This document shows, in pieces, positions 10,626 through 21,557 of a stretch of DNA of 64,000 bases. The stretch comes from an uncultured Actinomycetes bacterium (GTDB lineage Bacteria; Actinomycetota; UBA4738; HRBIN12): contig OY969934.1 of the NCBI GenBank assembly GCA_963704725.1, positions 2,304,001 through 2,368,000 on the forward strand, given 5' to 3'. The first letter of the stretch is position 1, and every line of letters starts with the position of its first letter. The translations under genes were made by a program, and so were the position numbers. The notes under the pieces were generated by a model. It was given only the letters and a program-made list of their open reading frames with translations. It made no database searches and was not told the DNA's origin.

Positions 10626-10994
10626 CTAGAACGCGTCTTCGAACACCTCGACGTCCGCCCGTCCGCCGCCGAGCCACACGCTGGCGACGTCGAACCGGAT
10701 GCGCGCATGCTCCTCGTCGTGGGACGCGAGGAAGGCCTCGGCGAGCTGCCGGAGCTTGCGGCGCTTGGACCAGGTCACCGCCTCGTACCCGCCGCCGAAC
10801 GCCGCGCCCGTGCGGGTCTTCACCTCGCAGAAGACGAGCAGGCCCGCCCGCTCCACGACCAGGTCGAGCTCGCCGAGCGGGCATCTCCAATTGCGCGCGA
10901 CCTCACGGAACCCGCGTCGTAGGTAGACGCGCAGGGCGGCCGACTCGCCGTCGCGGCCTCGCGCGGCGCGGCGGTCGATCGTGGAGACGGCCAT
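10626..10994 (-). CDS. yraN: YraN family nuclease-like protein
   Basis: RNWRCPLGELDLV, FCEVKTR, RFDV. Confidence 0.92.
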   Translation of the reverse strand: MAVSTIDRRAARGRDGESAALRVYLRRGFREVARNWRCPLGELDLVVERAGLLVFCEVKTRTGAAFGGGYEAVTWSKRRKLRQLAEAFLASHDEEHARIRFDVASVWLGGGRADVEVFEDAF

Positions 10995-11036
10995 GTCGCG
11001 GACGCTACCGCGACCCGCCGACACGACCCGGCCCGG

Positions 11037-11339
11037 CTACGGCGTGAGCGTCGTCTCGTCGGGCCGGAGCTCCTCGACGTTCACGTCCCGCCGCGTCAGG
11101 ACGCGCACGGTCGAGACGAATCTGGCCGGACGGAAGATCTCCCACACCCAGGCGTCCTCCAGCCGGACCTCGACCCACCCGCCTTCCCGATGCTCGAGCT
11201 CGACCCTGTTGGCGAGGTAGAAGCGCTTGTCGGTCTCGACGGCGAACGCGAACAACGGCAGGACGTCGCGGTACTCGCGGTACAGCTCGAGCTCGCGCTC
11301 GTCCTCGAACCGCTCGATGTCGTCCTCTTCGTCGCTCAC
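11037..11339 (-). CDS. DUF2469 family protein
   Basis: ELELYREYRDV, VETDKRFYLAN, DAWVWEIFRPARFV. Actinobacterial rnhB-DUF2469-yraN synteny. Confidence 0.9.
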   Translation of the reverse strand: MSDEEDDIERFEDERELELYREYRDVLPLFAFAVETDKRFYLANRVELEHREGGWVEVRLEDAWVWEIFRPARFVSTVRVLTRRDVNVEELRPDETTLTP

Positions 11340-12010
11340 CGCTCGCTCACCTCGCTCCCTTGCCGACCGCCTTCATACCACCAGGCACCGTCGTAGTAGT
11401 CCGTGGCCAGCCCCTTGAAGGAGTAGCGGTGGATCGGGCTCGGTCCGTGGCGCCGGATCGCGTCGCGATGCTCCTTCGTCCCGTAGCCACGGTTGTGGTC
11501 GAAGCCGTAGGCGGGGAACCGGCGGTGGTACCGGTCCATCATCCGGTCCCGCGTGACCTTCGCCACGATCGAGGCGGCGGCGATCGAGCCCGTCACCGCG
11601 TCACCCTTCTTGACCGACAGGATGGGGATGGTCAGCCGCTTGACCGGGAACCCGTCCGTCAGCACGTAGTCGGGCGTGACGGACAGTGTGGTGACGCAGC
11701 GCCGGAGGAGCCAGACGTTGGTCTTGTGCAGGCCGCGCCGGTCGATGCGGGTCGGCGTGCACCGGCACACCGACCAGGCCACCGCGTCGCGGACGATGCG
11801 CTCGTACGCGGTCTCGCGCTGGGCCGGCGTGAGCACCTTGGAGTCGTTCACCCCGTCCAGGTCGAAGCCCTCGGGCAGGATGACGGCCGCGGCGACGAGC
11901 GGCCCCGCCAGCGCGCCGCGGCCGGCCTCGTCCGCGCCGGCGATCCGGGAGAACCCCTGCGCCCGAAGCTCGCGCTCGTACCGGTCGAGGTCGAGCGCTA
12001 GTGGATCCAT
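11336..12010 (-). CDS. rnhB: Ribonuclease HII
   Basis: AGADEAGRGALAGP, DSK, KGD, SIAAASIVAKVTRD, GYGT. Confidence 0.96.
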   Translation of the reverse strand: MDPLALDLDRYERELRAQGFSRIAGADEAGRGALAGPLVAAAVILPEGFDLDGVNDSKVLTPAQRETAYERIVRDAVAWSVCRCTPTRIDRRGLHKTNVWLLRRCVTTLSVTPDYVLTDGFPVKRLTIPILSVKKGDAVTGSIAAASIVAKVTRDRMMDRYHRRFPAYGFDHNRGYGTKEHRDAIRRHGPSPIHRYSFKGLATDYYDGAWWYEGGRQGSEVSER

Positions 12011-12669
12011 CCTGCCCTCGACGGCGGCCACATGATCACGAACGCCCGCCCGATCACCTTGTCGATCGGCACGTAGCCCAACCCGAACCTCGAGTCCTTC
12101 GAGTTGAGCCGATTGTCCCCCAGGACGAACAGCGACCCCGGCGGCACCTGGACCGGACCGTAGTCGCGCGTGTCCGGAGGGCCCGACAGGTAGGGCTCGG
12201 GGATGCGGCGCCCGTCGATCAGCAGGCGCCCGTTCCGCAGCTCGACCACCTCCCCGGGCAGCCCGATGACCCGCTTGATGAGGTCCTCGTTCTCGGGTTG
12301 GGCGAACCCGAGCGTCTCGGAGAGCCAGTGGGCGATGCCGCCGACGACCCCCCGGTCCGGTCCGGGCCGGCCCTGCGGATCGGAGAAGACGATCACGTCG
12401 CCGCGGGTGGGGTGGTCGAAGGCCTTCAGCACGAGCACCCGGTCGCCCGGGAACAGCGTGGGCTCCATCGACTCGGAGGGGATGAAGAAGGCCTGGACGG
12501 CGAACGTCTTGAGCAGGAGGGCCAGGGTGAAGGCCAGGACGACCAGCACCGGCAGCTCGCGCAGGAACGCGAGGACGCTCTTGTGGGGACGCGGTGGGGC
12601 CGGCTCGGCGAGGGTGAAGCCTCCGGTCCGGTCGGCCCGCTCGACCGAGCCCGACGGACCCTGCGACAC
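11998..12669 (-). CDS. lepB: Signal peptidase I
   Basis: TM helix, IPSESMEPTL, IKRVIGLPG, GDNRLNSKDSR. Confidence 0.96.
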   Translation of the reverse strand: MSQGPSGSVERADRTGGFTLAEPAPPRPHKSVLAFLRELPVLVVLAFTLALLLKTFAVQAFFIPSESMEPTLFPGDRVLVLKAFDHPTRGDVIVFSDPQGRPGPDRGVVGGIAHWLSETLGFAQPENEDLIKRVIGLPGEVVELRNGRLLIDGRRIPEPYLSGPPDTRDYGPVQVPPGSLFVLGDNRLNSKDSRFGLGYVPIDKVIGRAFVIMWPPSRAGWIH

Positions 12670-12672
12670 CGC

Positions 12673-13215
12673 CTAGCCCTGGTCCTCGGTCTCGGCTCCC
12701 GCCCCGGCGGCCACGACCTCCGCCTCGGCCGCGGGTTCGGGCTCCTCGGCGGTCTCCGCGTCGACCTGGGCCTCGGCCGTCTCGTCGGGCTCGGCCTCCT
12801 CGTCCTCGGACCCGTTGCCGGCGGACGCGCGCTCCGCCTCGGCGGCGGCGATCTCGGCGAGCTCCTCCTCACCCAGGCGGCGCTCCTTGATGCGGGCCTT
12901 CTTGCCCCGCAGCTCGCGCAGGTAGTAGAGCTTGGCGCGGCGGACCTTGCCCCGGGAGACCACCTCGAGCTTGCCGATCGAGGGCGAGTGCAGCGGGAAC
13001 GTTCGTTCCACGCCCACCCCGAAGGAGATCTTCCGCACGGTGAACGTCTCCTGCAGGCCGCCTCCCTGACGCCGGATCACGACGCCCTGGAAGACCTGGA
13101 TCCGCTCCCGGCCGGCCTCGACGACGCGGACGTGCACCTTCACGGTGTCGCCCGGACGGAACTCGGGGACGTCCGTGCGCAGATAGGCCTGGTCGACGAG
13201 ATCGGTTCTGTTCAT
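12673..13215 (-). CDS. rplS: 50S ribosomal protein L19 with acidic C-terminal extension
   Basis: [42 protein letters not shown] at 13215. Confidence 0.97.
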   Translation of the reverse strand: MNRTDLVDQAYLRTDVPEFRPGDTVKVHVRVVEAGRERIQVFQGVVIRRQGGGLQETFTVRKISFGVGVERTFPLHSPSIGKLEVVSRGKVRRAKLYYLRELRGKKARIKERRLGEEELAEIAAAEAERASAGNGSEDEEAEPDETAEAQVDAETAEEPEPAAEAEVVAAGAGAETEDQG

Positions 13216-13256
13216 GGCGGGACGGCCATGGTAGCAGGCCGGGTTGAGGGCCCCGG

Positions 13257-13931
13257 TCAGCCTTCGAGCAGGTCGGGGCGCATCCTGCGGGTCTTCTCCA
13301 GCGCGGCCTCGCGGCGCCACCGCTCGATCTCCGCATGGTTCCCCGAACGCAGCACCTCGGGCACCGCCATCCCTCGGAACTCCGGCGGGCGCGTGTAGTG
13401 CGGGTGATCGAGCAGTCCGTCCGGCCCGAACGAGTCCCGCTCGTGGGACTCCTCCCGCCCGATCACGCCGGGCACGAGCCGCGTGACGGCCTCGAGCACG
13501 ACGAGCGCCGGCAGCTCCCCGCCGGAGAGCACGTAGTCCCCGATCGAGACCTCCTCGGCCGGCAGCCCCTCGGCGACCCGCTCGTCGACCCCCTCGTACC
13601 GCCCGCAGATGAGCACCAGCCACGGCTCCCCGGCGAGCTCTCGCACCAGCGCCTGGTCGAAGGGTCGCCCGGCCGGCGAGAGCAACAGGACCCGCTTGGG
13701 TCCCTCGCCGAGGGCCTCGACCGCGGCGAAGACCGGCTCGGGCTTCATCACCATCCCCGGCCCGCCCCCGTAGGACTCGTCGTCCACCTGCCGGTGGCGA
13801 TCCGTCGTGTGGTCGCGGATGTCGTGGACCCGGACGTCGAGCAGACCGGCCTCGATGCCCTTGCCGAGCAGGCTCTCGCGCATGGGGCTCTCGAAGATGC
13901 CGGGGAAGATCGTCAGGACGTCGATGCGCAC
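13257..13931 (-). CDS. trmD: tRNA (guanine37-N1)-methyltransferase
   Basis: [29 protein letters not shown]. Confidence 0.98.
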   Translation of the reverse strand: MRIDVLTIFPGIFESPMRESLLGKGIEAGLLDVRVHDIRDHTTDRHRQVDDESYGGGPGMVMKPEPVFAAVEALGEGPKRVLLLSPAGRPFDQALVRELAGEPWLVLICGRYEGVDERVAEGLPAEEVSIGDYVLSGGELPALVVLEAVTRLVPGVIGREESHERDSFGPDGLLDHPHYTRPPEFRGMAVPEVLRSGNHAEIERWRREAALEKTRRMRPDLLEG

Positions 13932-13988
13932 CAGCCGAGGCTAACGCGCCGACGGAGCTCGCGCCGATCCGGTCGGGGCGTGGCCGAG

Positions 13989-14495
13989 CTACGGCATGGT
14001 CAGGCCGGGGATCTCGTGGACGACGATCCGCTTGGCGTCGACGTCGACGGAGACGAGCGCCTCGGTGAGGACCGGGATGAGCGTCTCCGTTCCCGAGTCG
14101 TCCACCGCCGCCCACACGTCGTTCGCGGAGGTGTGGATGACCTCGCGGACGGTGCCCAGGGCACGACCGGTGTCGGTCGCGAGCGCGCAGCCCTCGATCT
14201 GGTGATCCCACCACGAGCCCTCGGGCAGCGAGGGCGAGGACGCCTCGGGGACCACGAGCAGCATCCGCTGGAGCGCCTCGGCCGTGGTTCGATCCCCGAC
14301 GCCCTCGAAACGCACGAGGAGGCGGTCGCGATGGGGGCGGGACGAGACCACGGTGAGCGCCCGTCCGTCCTCGAGCCACAGCGTCGCCCCGTCGGCGAAT
14401 CGCTCGGGGACCTCCGAGAGAACCATGACGGCGACCTCGCCCTGCACGCCGTGGGCCCGGGTGATCCGACCGACCGCGACGGTCGGCTCGGCCAC
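13989..14495 (-). CDS. rimM: Ribosome maturation factor RimM
   Basis: [14 protein letters not shown] and a PRC barrel. Position in the rpsP operon. Confidence 0.95.
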   Translation of the reverse strand: MAEPTVAVGRITRAHGVQGEVAVMVLSEVPERFADGATLWLEDGRALTVVSSRPHRDRLLVRFEGVGDRTTAEALQRMLLVVPEASSPSLPEGSWWDHQIEGCALATDTGRALGTVREVIHTSANDVWAAVDDSGTETLIPVLTEALVSVDVDAKRIVVHEIPGLTMP

Positions 14496-14496
14496 C

Positions 14497-14742
14497 TCAG
14501 TCGGCGATCTCGACGTGGACGTGGTGCACGTCGGCGCGGATCGCGGCCGTCTTCATGACGGCGCGGATGGCGCGCGCGGTGCGTCCGCCGCGGCCGATCA
14601 CCTTGCCCATGTCGTCCTTGGCCACGCGAAGCGTGAACAGGACGCCGCGGTCGTCGGTGCGCTCGGCGACCTCGACGGCGTCGGGATCGTCGACGATCTC
14701 GCGGGCCAGGTACTCCAGGAGCTCGGACATGTCGGACGCCAT
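14497..14742 (-). CDS. khpA: KH-domain RNA-binding protein
   Basis: DDMGKVIGRGGRTARAIR. Between rpsP and rimM. Confidence 0.92.
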   Translation of the reverse strand: MASDMSELLEYLAREIVDDPDAVEVAERTDDRGVLFTLRVAKDDMGKVIGRGGRTARAIRAVMKTAAIRADVHHVHVEIAD

Positions 14743-14748
14743 GTCCGT

Positions 14749-15042
14749 CTAGGACGCGGTCTTTGCCGACTTGCCGCTCTTCTTCTCCTCGGAGAACTTG
14801 TCCCAGATGCCGACCTTCGTCATCAGCACCCGGACCGTGTTCGACGGCTGCGCGCCGACGCTCAGCCAGTGCAGCGCGCGCTCCTCGTCGATCTCGATCA
14901 CCGAAGGATCCTCGAGCGGGTGGTACCGGCCGATGTTCTCGATGAAGCGGCCGTCGCGCGGGCTCCGCTGGTCCGCGACGACGACCCGGTAGAACGGGCG
15001 CTTCTTGGCGCCCATCCGCCGCAACCTGATCCGAACCGCCAT
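14749..15042 (-). CDS. rpsP: 30S ribosomal protein S16
   Basis: [34 protein letters not shown]. Confidence 0.98.
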   Translation of the reverse strand: MAVRIRLRRMGAKKRPFYRVVVADQRSPRDGRFIENIGRYHPLEDPSVIEIDEERALHWLSVGAQPSNTVRVLMTKVGIWDKFSEEKKSGKSAKTAS

Positions 15043-15055
15043 GTCGCTCTCTCTC

Positions 15056-16396
15056 CTACCCGATGTTCGGCAGGTTCGGCATGCCGGGGATCCGTGGCAT
15101 GCGCTTGCCGCCCATCATGCTCTTCATCATCTTGCGCGCCTGCTCGAACTCCTTGAGCAGGGCGTTCACGTCCGCGGTGGTCGTCCCGGAGCCCCGAGCG
15201 ATCCGCAGGCGCCGGGACCCGCCGATGATAGCGGGATTCCGGCGCTCCTCCCCGGTCATGGACTGGATGACCGCCTCGGTCCGGGCCATCTGCGCGTCGT
15301 CGACCTGCAGGTCCTTGAGCGCGTTCTTGCCTCCGGGGACGCCCGGGAGCATCGCCAGCAGATCCTGCAGCGGCCCCAGCTTGCGGACCTCCTGCATCTG
15401 GACGAGGAAGTCCTCGAGGGTGAACTTGGCCTCGAGCATCTTCTTGGCCGCCTCGGCAGCGCGCTCGGAGTCGAGGGTCTCCTGCGCCTTGTCGATCAGA
15501 GATAGCACGTCGCCCATGCCCATGATCCTGGAGGCCATGCGGTCCGGGTAGAACGGCTCCAGGTCCGAGGCCCTCTCCCCCGTCCCCGCGTAGAACACCG
15601 GCTTCCCGGTCACCGACGTGATCGACAGCGCCGCGCCCCCGCGCGCGTCGCCGTCGAGCTTGGTGAGGACGAACCCGGTCGTGTCGACCTCGCGCATGAA
15701 CGCACGCGCCTGCACCACGGCGTCCTGCCCCGTCATCGCGTCGCACGCCATGAGGACGTGGTGTGGCTTGATCGCGTCCTTGACGCGGCGGGCCTCGCGC
15801 ATCATCTCCTCGTCGACGTGCAGACGGCCCGCCGTGTCCACGATGACGACGTCGAACCCCTCGCGCGCGGCGTGCTTCATCGCGCTCTTCGCCACCTTCA
15901 CCGCGTCCTTGCCGTCGGAGACGACCGGGACTCCGACCTCCTCGCCGAGCGTGGTGAGCTGCTCCACGGCGGCGGGGCGCCATAGGTCGGCCGCGACGAG
16001 CAGGGGCCGCTTGCCCTTCTCCTTGTACAGCCGGGCGAGCTTGGCGCACGCGGTCGTCTTCCCCGACCCCTGGACGCCGGCCATCATGACCACGGCCGGC
16101 TTCGCGTTCGGGAGCTGGAACGGCGTCTGCGTCCCGCCCATCGTCGTCTGCAGCTCGTCGCGCACGATCTTCACGACCTGCTGCGCCGGCGTGAGGCTCT
16201 TCATCACCTCTTCGGACAGCGAGCGGGCCCGGACCCGCTCCAGGAGCTCGTCGGCCACCTCGACCGCGACGTCGGCGTCGAGCAGCGCCGTCCGCATGTC
16301 CGCGAGCGCGTTCTCCACCTGCTTGGGGTGGAGCTTCCCGCGCGAGCGGAGCTTCTTGAAGATGCCGTCGAGGCGGCCGGTCAGCGTGTCGAACAC
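15056..16396 (-). CDS. ffh: Signal recognition particle protein Ffh
   Basis: [25 protein letters not shown], Met-rich M domain. Confidence 0.98.
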   Translation of the reverse strand: MFDTLTGRLDGIFKKLRSRGKLHPKQVENALADMRTALLDADVAVEVADELLERVRARSLSEEVMKSLTPAQQVVKIVRDELQTTMGGTQTPFQLPNAKPAVVMMAGVQGSGKTTACAKLARLYKEKGKRPLLVAADLWRPAAVEQLTTLGEEVGVPVVSDGKDAVKVAKSAMKHAAREGFDVVIVDTAGRLHVDEEMMREARRVKDAIKPHHVLMACDAMTGQDAVVQARAFMREVDTTGFVLTKLDGDARGGAALSITSVTGKPVFYAGTGERASDLEPFYPDRMASRIMGMGDVLSLIDKAQETLDSERAAEAAKKMLEAKFTLEDFLVQMQEVRKLGPLQDLLAMLPGVPGGKNALKDLQVDDAQMARTEAVIQSMTGEERRNPAIIGGSRRLRIARGSGTTTADVNALLKEFEQARKMMKSMMGGKRMPRIPGMPNLPNIG

Positions 16397-16406
16397 GAGA
16401 GGCAGA

Positions 16407-16805
16407 TTACGACGGGGCCGCCGGAGGCTCCTTCTCGGTCCCCTGCAGCACGCGCTCGACGGTTCGGAGCAGGGCGGTCGGGGAGAACGGCTTCGTGAAG
16501 TACTCGTCCGCGCCGAGCGACAGGACGTAGTCGCGGCCCTCCTCGCCGGTGGCGGTGACGACGATGACGCGGATGCCCTTCGTCGCCGGATCGCCCTTCA
16601 GCTCGGTGAGCACGTCGGCGCCGCTCACGCCCGGGATGTTCAGGTCGAGGAACATCAGGTCGGGCGCGTGCGCTCGAACCATCGCCAGCGCCGCGGATCC
16701 GTCGGGGGCGTCGCGGATGTCGAACCCCTCGTGCTCGAGGATCAGCCGCATCGCCTCGCGCATCGTGGGGTGGTCCTCGACGATCAAGATGTCGGCCTTG
16801 GCCAT
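16407..16805 (-). CDS. Single-domain response regulator (CheY-like receiver)
   Basis: ILIVEDH, PDLMFLDLNIP, VIVVTA, YFTKPFSP. No output domain. Confidence 0.9.
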   Translation of the reverse strand: MAKADILIVEDHPTMREAMRLILEHEGFDIRDAPDGSAALAMVRAHAPDLMFLDLNIPGVSGADVLTELKGDPATKGIRVIVVTATGEEGRDYVLSLGADEYFTKPFSPTALLRTVERVLQGTEKEPPAAPS

Positions 16806-16807
16806 GC

Positions 16808-17791
16808 TCACCCGCCGAGGAGTCGGTCGGCGAACGCCCGCGGCTCGAACGGCTCGAGGTCGCCGACACCCTCTCCGACCCCGATGACCTTGACCGGGAC
16901 GCCGAGCTGCTCCCATACCGCCAAGACGACTCCTCCCTTCGCCGTGCCGTCGAGCTTGGTCAGCGCGACCCCGGTCACCTCGACGGCCTCCGTGAACGCC
17001 CGGGCCTGCGCGATGCCATTCTGCCCCGTCGTGGCGTCCAGGACGAGCAGCGTCTCGTCCGGGGGCCGCCCGGCGGCCTTCTCGAGCACGCGCCGGACCT
17101 TGCGGAGCTCGTCCATCAGGGGTTGCTTCGTGTGCAGGCGCCCGGCCGTGTCCACGATCAGCACGTCGGCTCCCCGGGCCTGCGCCGACCTCACGGCGTC
17201 GAACGCCACCGATCCGGGATCGGCCCCCCGGGCCTGGGAGACGAGGTGCGCCCCCGCCCGGCCGGCCCACACCTCGAGCTGCTCCGCGGCCGCGGCCCGG
17301 AACGTGTCGCTCCCGGCCAGGCTCACCGCGCGGCCGTCCTTCGTCAGGGCGGACGCAAGCTTGCCGATCGTCGTGGTCTTGCCGGAGCCGTTCACCCCGA
17401 CCACCATCACGACCCCCAGACGGTCCGTCGGCAGGTCCAATGCGGCGGAGTCGCCGAGCACGCCCACGACCTCGTCCGCCACGAGCGCGACCGGGTCGGT
17501 GCCGGCCTCGTAGCGCTCGCGGACGTCCGCCACGATCCGGGCCGCCGTCGACGGGCCCACGTCCGCCTTCAGCAGAACGTCCTCCAGCCGGGCCCACGGG
17601 TCCTCCGCCCCCGGACCGCCGAAGATCGCTCGGATCCGGCCGCCCAACCCGTCGCCTCGGGCCGCCGGCCCGGTCGCCGGCGCCGGCACGACCGCCGGAC
17701 CACCGGCCGCCGGCCTGTGGCGACGCAGGGCGACGACGGCGAGGACGGCGATCACGAGGAGCAGCGCCGCGGCCGCGATCCACAGAGCCAC
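16808..17791 (-). CDS. ftsY: SRP receptor FtsY with N-terminal TM anchor
   Basis: GVNGSGKTTTIGKLA, DTFRAAA, DTAGRLH, TKLDGTAKGG. Confidence 0.96.
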   Translation of the reverse strand: MALWIAAAALLLVIAVLAVVALRRHRPAAGGPAVVPAPATGPAARGDGLGGRIRAIFGGPGAEDPWARLEDVLLKADVGPSTAARIVADVRERYEAGTDPVALVADEVVGVLGDSAALDLPTDRLGVVMVVGVNGSGKTTTIGKLASALTKDGRAVSLAGSDTFRAAAAEQLEVWAGRAGAHLVSQARGADPGSVAFDAVRSAQARGADVLIVDTAGRLHTKQPLMDELRKVRRVLEKAAGRPPDETLLVLDATTGQNGIAQARAFTEAVEVTGVALTKLDGTAKGGVVLAVWEQLGVPVKVIGVGEGVGDLEPFEPRAFADRLLGG

Positions 17792-17801
17792 GTCGATCAG
17801 G

Positions 17802-20800
17802 CTAGCCGACGGCGTCGGGCTCGGGGACGAGCACGACGGGCTCGACCACCGGCTCGACGCGCCCATCGAGCAGCCGGGCTCGCGTATCGGGGTGGTCGAG
17901 GGCCTGGGCCAGGACCTTCGTCGTCCCGTCCTTGCCCATCGACACTCCGTACATCATGCCCGCGACCTCCATCGTCCGCTTCTGGTGCGTGACGATCAGC
18001 ACCTGGGCGTCGCGGGAGAACCCCTCGACGAGGGCGATGAAGCGGTGCAGGTTCACGTCGTCGAGCGCCGGCTCGACCTCGTCCATCAGGTAGAACGGGC
18101 TCGGCCGGGCCTTGAAGATCGCGAACAGGAACGCCATCGCGGTCAGCGCCCGCTCGCCGCCCGAGAGCAGGCTGATCCGCTTCACGCGCTTGCGGCCGGG
18201 CCGGGCCTCGATCTCGATGCCGGTGTTCAGAAGATCGCCGGGCTCCGTCGCGACGAGGCGCCCCTCCCCGCCCGGGAACAGCTCCTTGATCAGCCGCTCG
18301 AACTCCGCCGCGACGTCGCGGTACGCGGCCTCGAACGTCGTGGCGATCTCGGTCTCGATCCGCTGGATCACCTCGAGGAGGTCGCGGCGCGACCTGCGGA
18401 CGTCCTCCAGCTCTCGCTGCAAGAAGTCGTGCCGCTCCTGCAGCGCTTCGTACTCGCCGCCGGCGAGCAGGTTGACCCGTCCGAGCAGCGCCAGCCGGCG
18501 CTGCACGAGCTCCGCGGCCCGCTCGAGGCTCTGGACGGTGTCCTCGCCCCCCAGCTCCTGCAGGGCCTCCCGGGGCTCGCGCTGGTGGCCCTCGCGAAGG
18601 AGACGCTCGGCATCGCGGATCCGGCGCTCCAGCTCGCCGCGCACCCGGTCCTCGTCCTCGTACTCCTCGCGCAGCCGCGACAGCTCGGTCGAGGATTCGC
18701 GCCACAGCCGGTTGGCCTCGGCCTCCTCCTCGGTCGCCGCGCGCTCGGCGTCGGCGGCTGCGGCCCGGGCGCTCCCGGTGGTCTCGAGCGCGGTCTCCGC
18801 CCGGGCGAGGTGCTCCTCGGCCGCCGCGCGATCGGACTCCGCCCGATCCACCTGCGCCCGCAGGGCGTCCGGGTCCTGCGACGCGAGCGCCTCGCGCTCG
18901 GCGCGAACGGCGCCGAGACGGCTCTCCAGGCTCGATCGGTCGCGGCGAAGGGTCTCGACCGCGACGCGATCGTGGATCGGAGGCTCCGGCGTCCGAGGGA
19001 GCTCGGGGGCCTCGTGGGTGACGGGTTCGGCCGCCGCGAGGCTCTCGCGCCACGCCGCCGCGGCGTCGTCCAGGCCCGCCAGGCGCTGCGACAGGATCTC
19101 GTCCTCCTTGGCGATCGAGGCGAGATCGCCCTCGATCCGGGCGATCCGCTCGGCGGCGCGCGTGATCTGCGTGTCCGCGGCGTCGATCCCCTCGCCGAGC
19201 TCCTGCATCTCGGACCCGATCGCATCGAGGCGCTCGCGGCGCGGACGAAGGGCGGCGCGGGTCTGGGCCAGGTCGTGCTCGACCACGGCCAGCTCTCGCC
19301 GAACCTCGGCGGCGCGGGAGTCCGACTCCGTCGTGGTGCGGATCACGGCGGGGCCGACCAGGACTCCCTGGGGCGTGACGAAGGAGGACCTCGGCGCCCC
19401 GCGGTGCTTGTCGACGGCCTCCTCGAGCGTCTCGGCCAGGTAGATGTCGGCAAGGACGGTCGTGACCAAGCCCCGCACCGCGGGCTCCGCGTCCACGATC
19501 GACAGGAGGGTGCGCTCGCCGCGCAGGACCGATCCCATCGGCCCGCCGCCCGCGATCGTGAGGATCGCGCCGTCGCCGGTCGGCGCGTCCGCGATCGCCT
19601 CCTCCTCCCGCTCGTAGACGACGGCGTCCGCCAGCGCCCCCAGGCCCGCCCGGAGAGCCCGGGCCCACTCCGGCTCGACGCGCACCAGGGCGCCGAGGAG
19701 CCCGATGGCGCGCCCCCCGTGGTCCACCAGGAAGCGGGACCCCGGCGTCTCCTGCAGATCCTGCAACCGGGCGGCGAGCACGTCGCGGCGGTGCTCCTGC
19801 GCCCGCAACGCCTCCTCCAGCTCGTCCACCCCACCCGCCAGGGCGTGGCGCTCGCGCTCGAGCTCGCTCCGGCGCTCGGACAGCGGGCTCGTCTCGGCGT
19901 CGAGTCGCTCGACGTCCCCGGCCAAGGTCTCGCGCTCCCGGTCGGCCGCTGCCCGCCGCTCGCGGACCTGGTCCAACCCCTCCTCGAGCCGGGCCCGCTC
20001 GCGTTCGTACGCGGCGAGGGACCGGCGAAGGGTCTCCATCTCGGCCCGGTGCGCGGCGGCGGCCTCGAACGCCCGGCGCCGCTCGTCCTCCACGGCCCGC
20101 CGGACCTCGGACGCCTCCTGGAACGCGCTCTCGGACTCCGTCAGCCGAAGCTCGCCGGTCTGGAGCTCGGCGGCCACCCGGACGAGCCGCTCCTGGATCC
20201 GGGCGAGATCGTCGTCGAGACGCTGGAGGCGCGCCCCCCGGCCGGCCTCCGCGGCCAGGGCCTGGCGAGTCTCGGACTCCAGCTCGACCGCGCGGCGGAG
20301 CCGCAGCTCGGCCTCGGACTTGTCGGCCTGGGCCTCGCGGAACCGCCCCTCCGAGTCCTGGACCGCCCACATGGCCCGGGCGCGGGCGTCGGCGGCCGTT
20401 CCCACCCGCTCATCCATGGCGTCGAGCCGCTGCTTCGCGGCCTCCCGCCGGGCCAGCCCCTCGCCCCAGCCGCCCGCGCGACGATCGCGCTCGGCGAGCA
20501 GGTCGCGCAGCCGCGCGGCGGCGAGCCGTACGGTCACCGCGTCGGCCTGGGCGGAGAGCTCCTCGTGGCGCTTGGCCATCTCGGCCTGTTGCCTGAGCGG
20601 CTTGAGCTGGCGGCGGAGCTCCGCGAGCACGTCCTGGACGCGGAGCAGATCCTGGTCGAGGCCGGAGAGCTTGCGCTCGGCGCGCTCCTTGCGCTTACGG
20701 TGCTTGGCGATCCCGGCGGCCTCCTCGACGTACTGCCGCCGTTCCTCCGGGCGGGCGGACAGGACCTCCTCGAGCTGCCCCTGTCCCACCACGGTGTGGA

Positions 20801-21209
20801 GGGCCCGGCCGATGCCGCTCTCGGACAGGAGCTCCTGGACGTCGAGGAGGCGGACCACCTGACCGCCGATGCGGTACTCGCTCTCGCCAGAGCGGAAGAT
20901 CGTCCGGCTGATCTCGATCTCGGTCATCGGCACCGGGATCAGGCCGGCCGCGTTGTCGATCACGAGCTTGGCCTCGGCCATCCCGAGCGCCGGGCGCTGT
21001 GGGCTGCCAGCGAAGATCACGTCGGCCATCTGGCCGCCGCGGAGCGCCCTCGGCCCCTGCTCGCCGAGCACCCAGCTGATCGCGTCGACGAGGTTCGACT
21101 TCCCGGATCCGTTGGGCCCGACGATGACGGAGATGCCGGGGGCGAATTCCAGAGCCGTCTTGTCGGCGAACGACTTGAAGCCTCGAACCTGGAGGGATCG
21201 GAGGAACAT
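17802..21209 (-). CDS. smc: Chromosome segregation protein SMC
   Basis: GFKSFAD, GPNGSGKSN, coiled coils and hinge, LSGGE, DEVEPALD. Confidence 0.98.
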   Translation of the reverse strand: MFLRSLQVRGFKSFADKTALEFAPGISVIVGPNGSGKSNLVDAISWVLGEQGPRALRGGQMADVIFAGSPQRPALGMAEAKLVIDNAAGLIPVPMTEIEISRTIFRSGESEYRIGGQVVRLLDVQELLSESGIGRALHTVVGQGQLEEVLSARPEERRQYVEEAAGIAKHRKRKERAERKLSGLDQDLLRVQDVLAELRRQLKPLRQQAEMAKRHEELSAQADAVTVRLAAARLRDLLAERDRRAGGWGEGLARREAAKQRLDAMDERVGTAADARARAMWAVQDSEGRFREAQADKSEAELRLRRAVELESETRQALAAEAGRGARLQRLDDDLARIQERLVRVAAELQTGELRLTESESAFQEASEVRRAVEDERRRAFEAAAAHRAEMETLRRSLAAYERERARLEEGLDQVRERRAAADRERETLAGDVERLDAETSPLSERRSELERERHALAGGVDELEEALRAQEHRRDVLAARLQDLQETPGSRFLVDHGGRAIGLLGALVRVEPEWARALRAGLGALADAVVYEREEEAIADAPTGDGAILTIAGGGPMGSVLRGERTLLSIVDAEPAVRGLVTTVLADIYLAETLEEAVDKHRGAPRSSFVTPQGVLVGPAVIRTTTESDSRAAEVRRELAVVEHDLAQTRAALRPRRERLDAIGSEMQELGEGIDAADTQITRAAERIARIEGDLASIAKEDEILSQRLAGLDDAAAAWRESLAAAEPVTHEAPELPRTPEPPIHDRVAVETLRRDRSSLESRLGAVRAEREALASQDPDALRAQVDRAESDRAAAEEHLARAETALETTGSARAAAADAERAATEEEAEANRLWRESSTELSRLREEYEDEDRVRGELERRIRDAERLLREGHQREPREALQELGGEDTVQSLERAAELVQRRLALLGRVNLLAGGEYEALQERHDFLQRELEDVRRSRRDLLEVIQRIETEIATTFEAAYRDVAAEFERLIKELFPGGEGRLVATEPGDLLNTGIEIEARPGRKRVKRISLLSGGERALTAMAFLFAIFKARPSPFYLMDEVEPALDDVNLHRFIALVEGFSRDAQVLIVTHQKRTMEVAGMMYGVSMGKDGTTKVLAQALDHPDTRARLLDGRVEPVVEPVVLVPEPDAVG

Positions 21210-21268
21210 CGAGGACCGATGCTAGCAGTGGTCCGAGCACGGACCGAGCATCTGCGGGCAGAAAGCGC

Positions 21269-21538
21269 TCAGCCCGTGACGCGGAACGACGGGTCCCCGA
21301 CCGGTGCCTCGACCACGACGTCGACCGCGTCGACGTGGGCGAGATCGGGGCCCCGCCGGCACCACTCCACCAACCGGTCGACGACCCCCTCGGGCCCCTC
21401 GAAGGCCGCCTCCACGCGGCCGTCGGGCAGGTTCCGGACGAAGCCGCCGACGCTGGCGTCCCGGGCCAGGCGGGCGCAGGTGGCGCGATAGAAGACGCCC
21501 TGCACGCTACCCGAGACCGTCACCCGCACCCGTTTCAC
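21269..21538 (-). CDS. acyP: Acylphosphatase
   Basis: GSVQGVFYR, GFVRNLPDGRVE. Confidence 0.93.
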   Translation of the reverse strand: MKRVRVTVSGSVQGVFYRATCARLARDASVGGFVRNLPDGRVEAAFEGPEGVVDRLVEWCRRGPDLAHVDAVDVVVEAPVGDPSFRVTG

Positions 21539-21557
21539 GTCGCGCCATACTAGGGCC

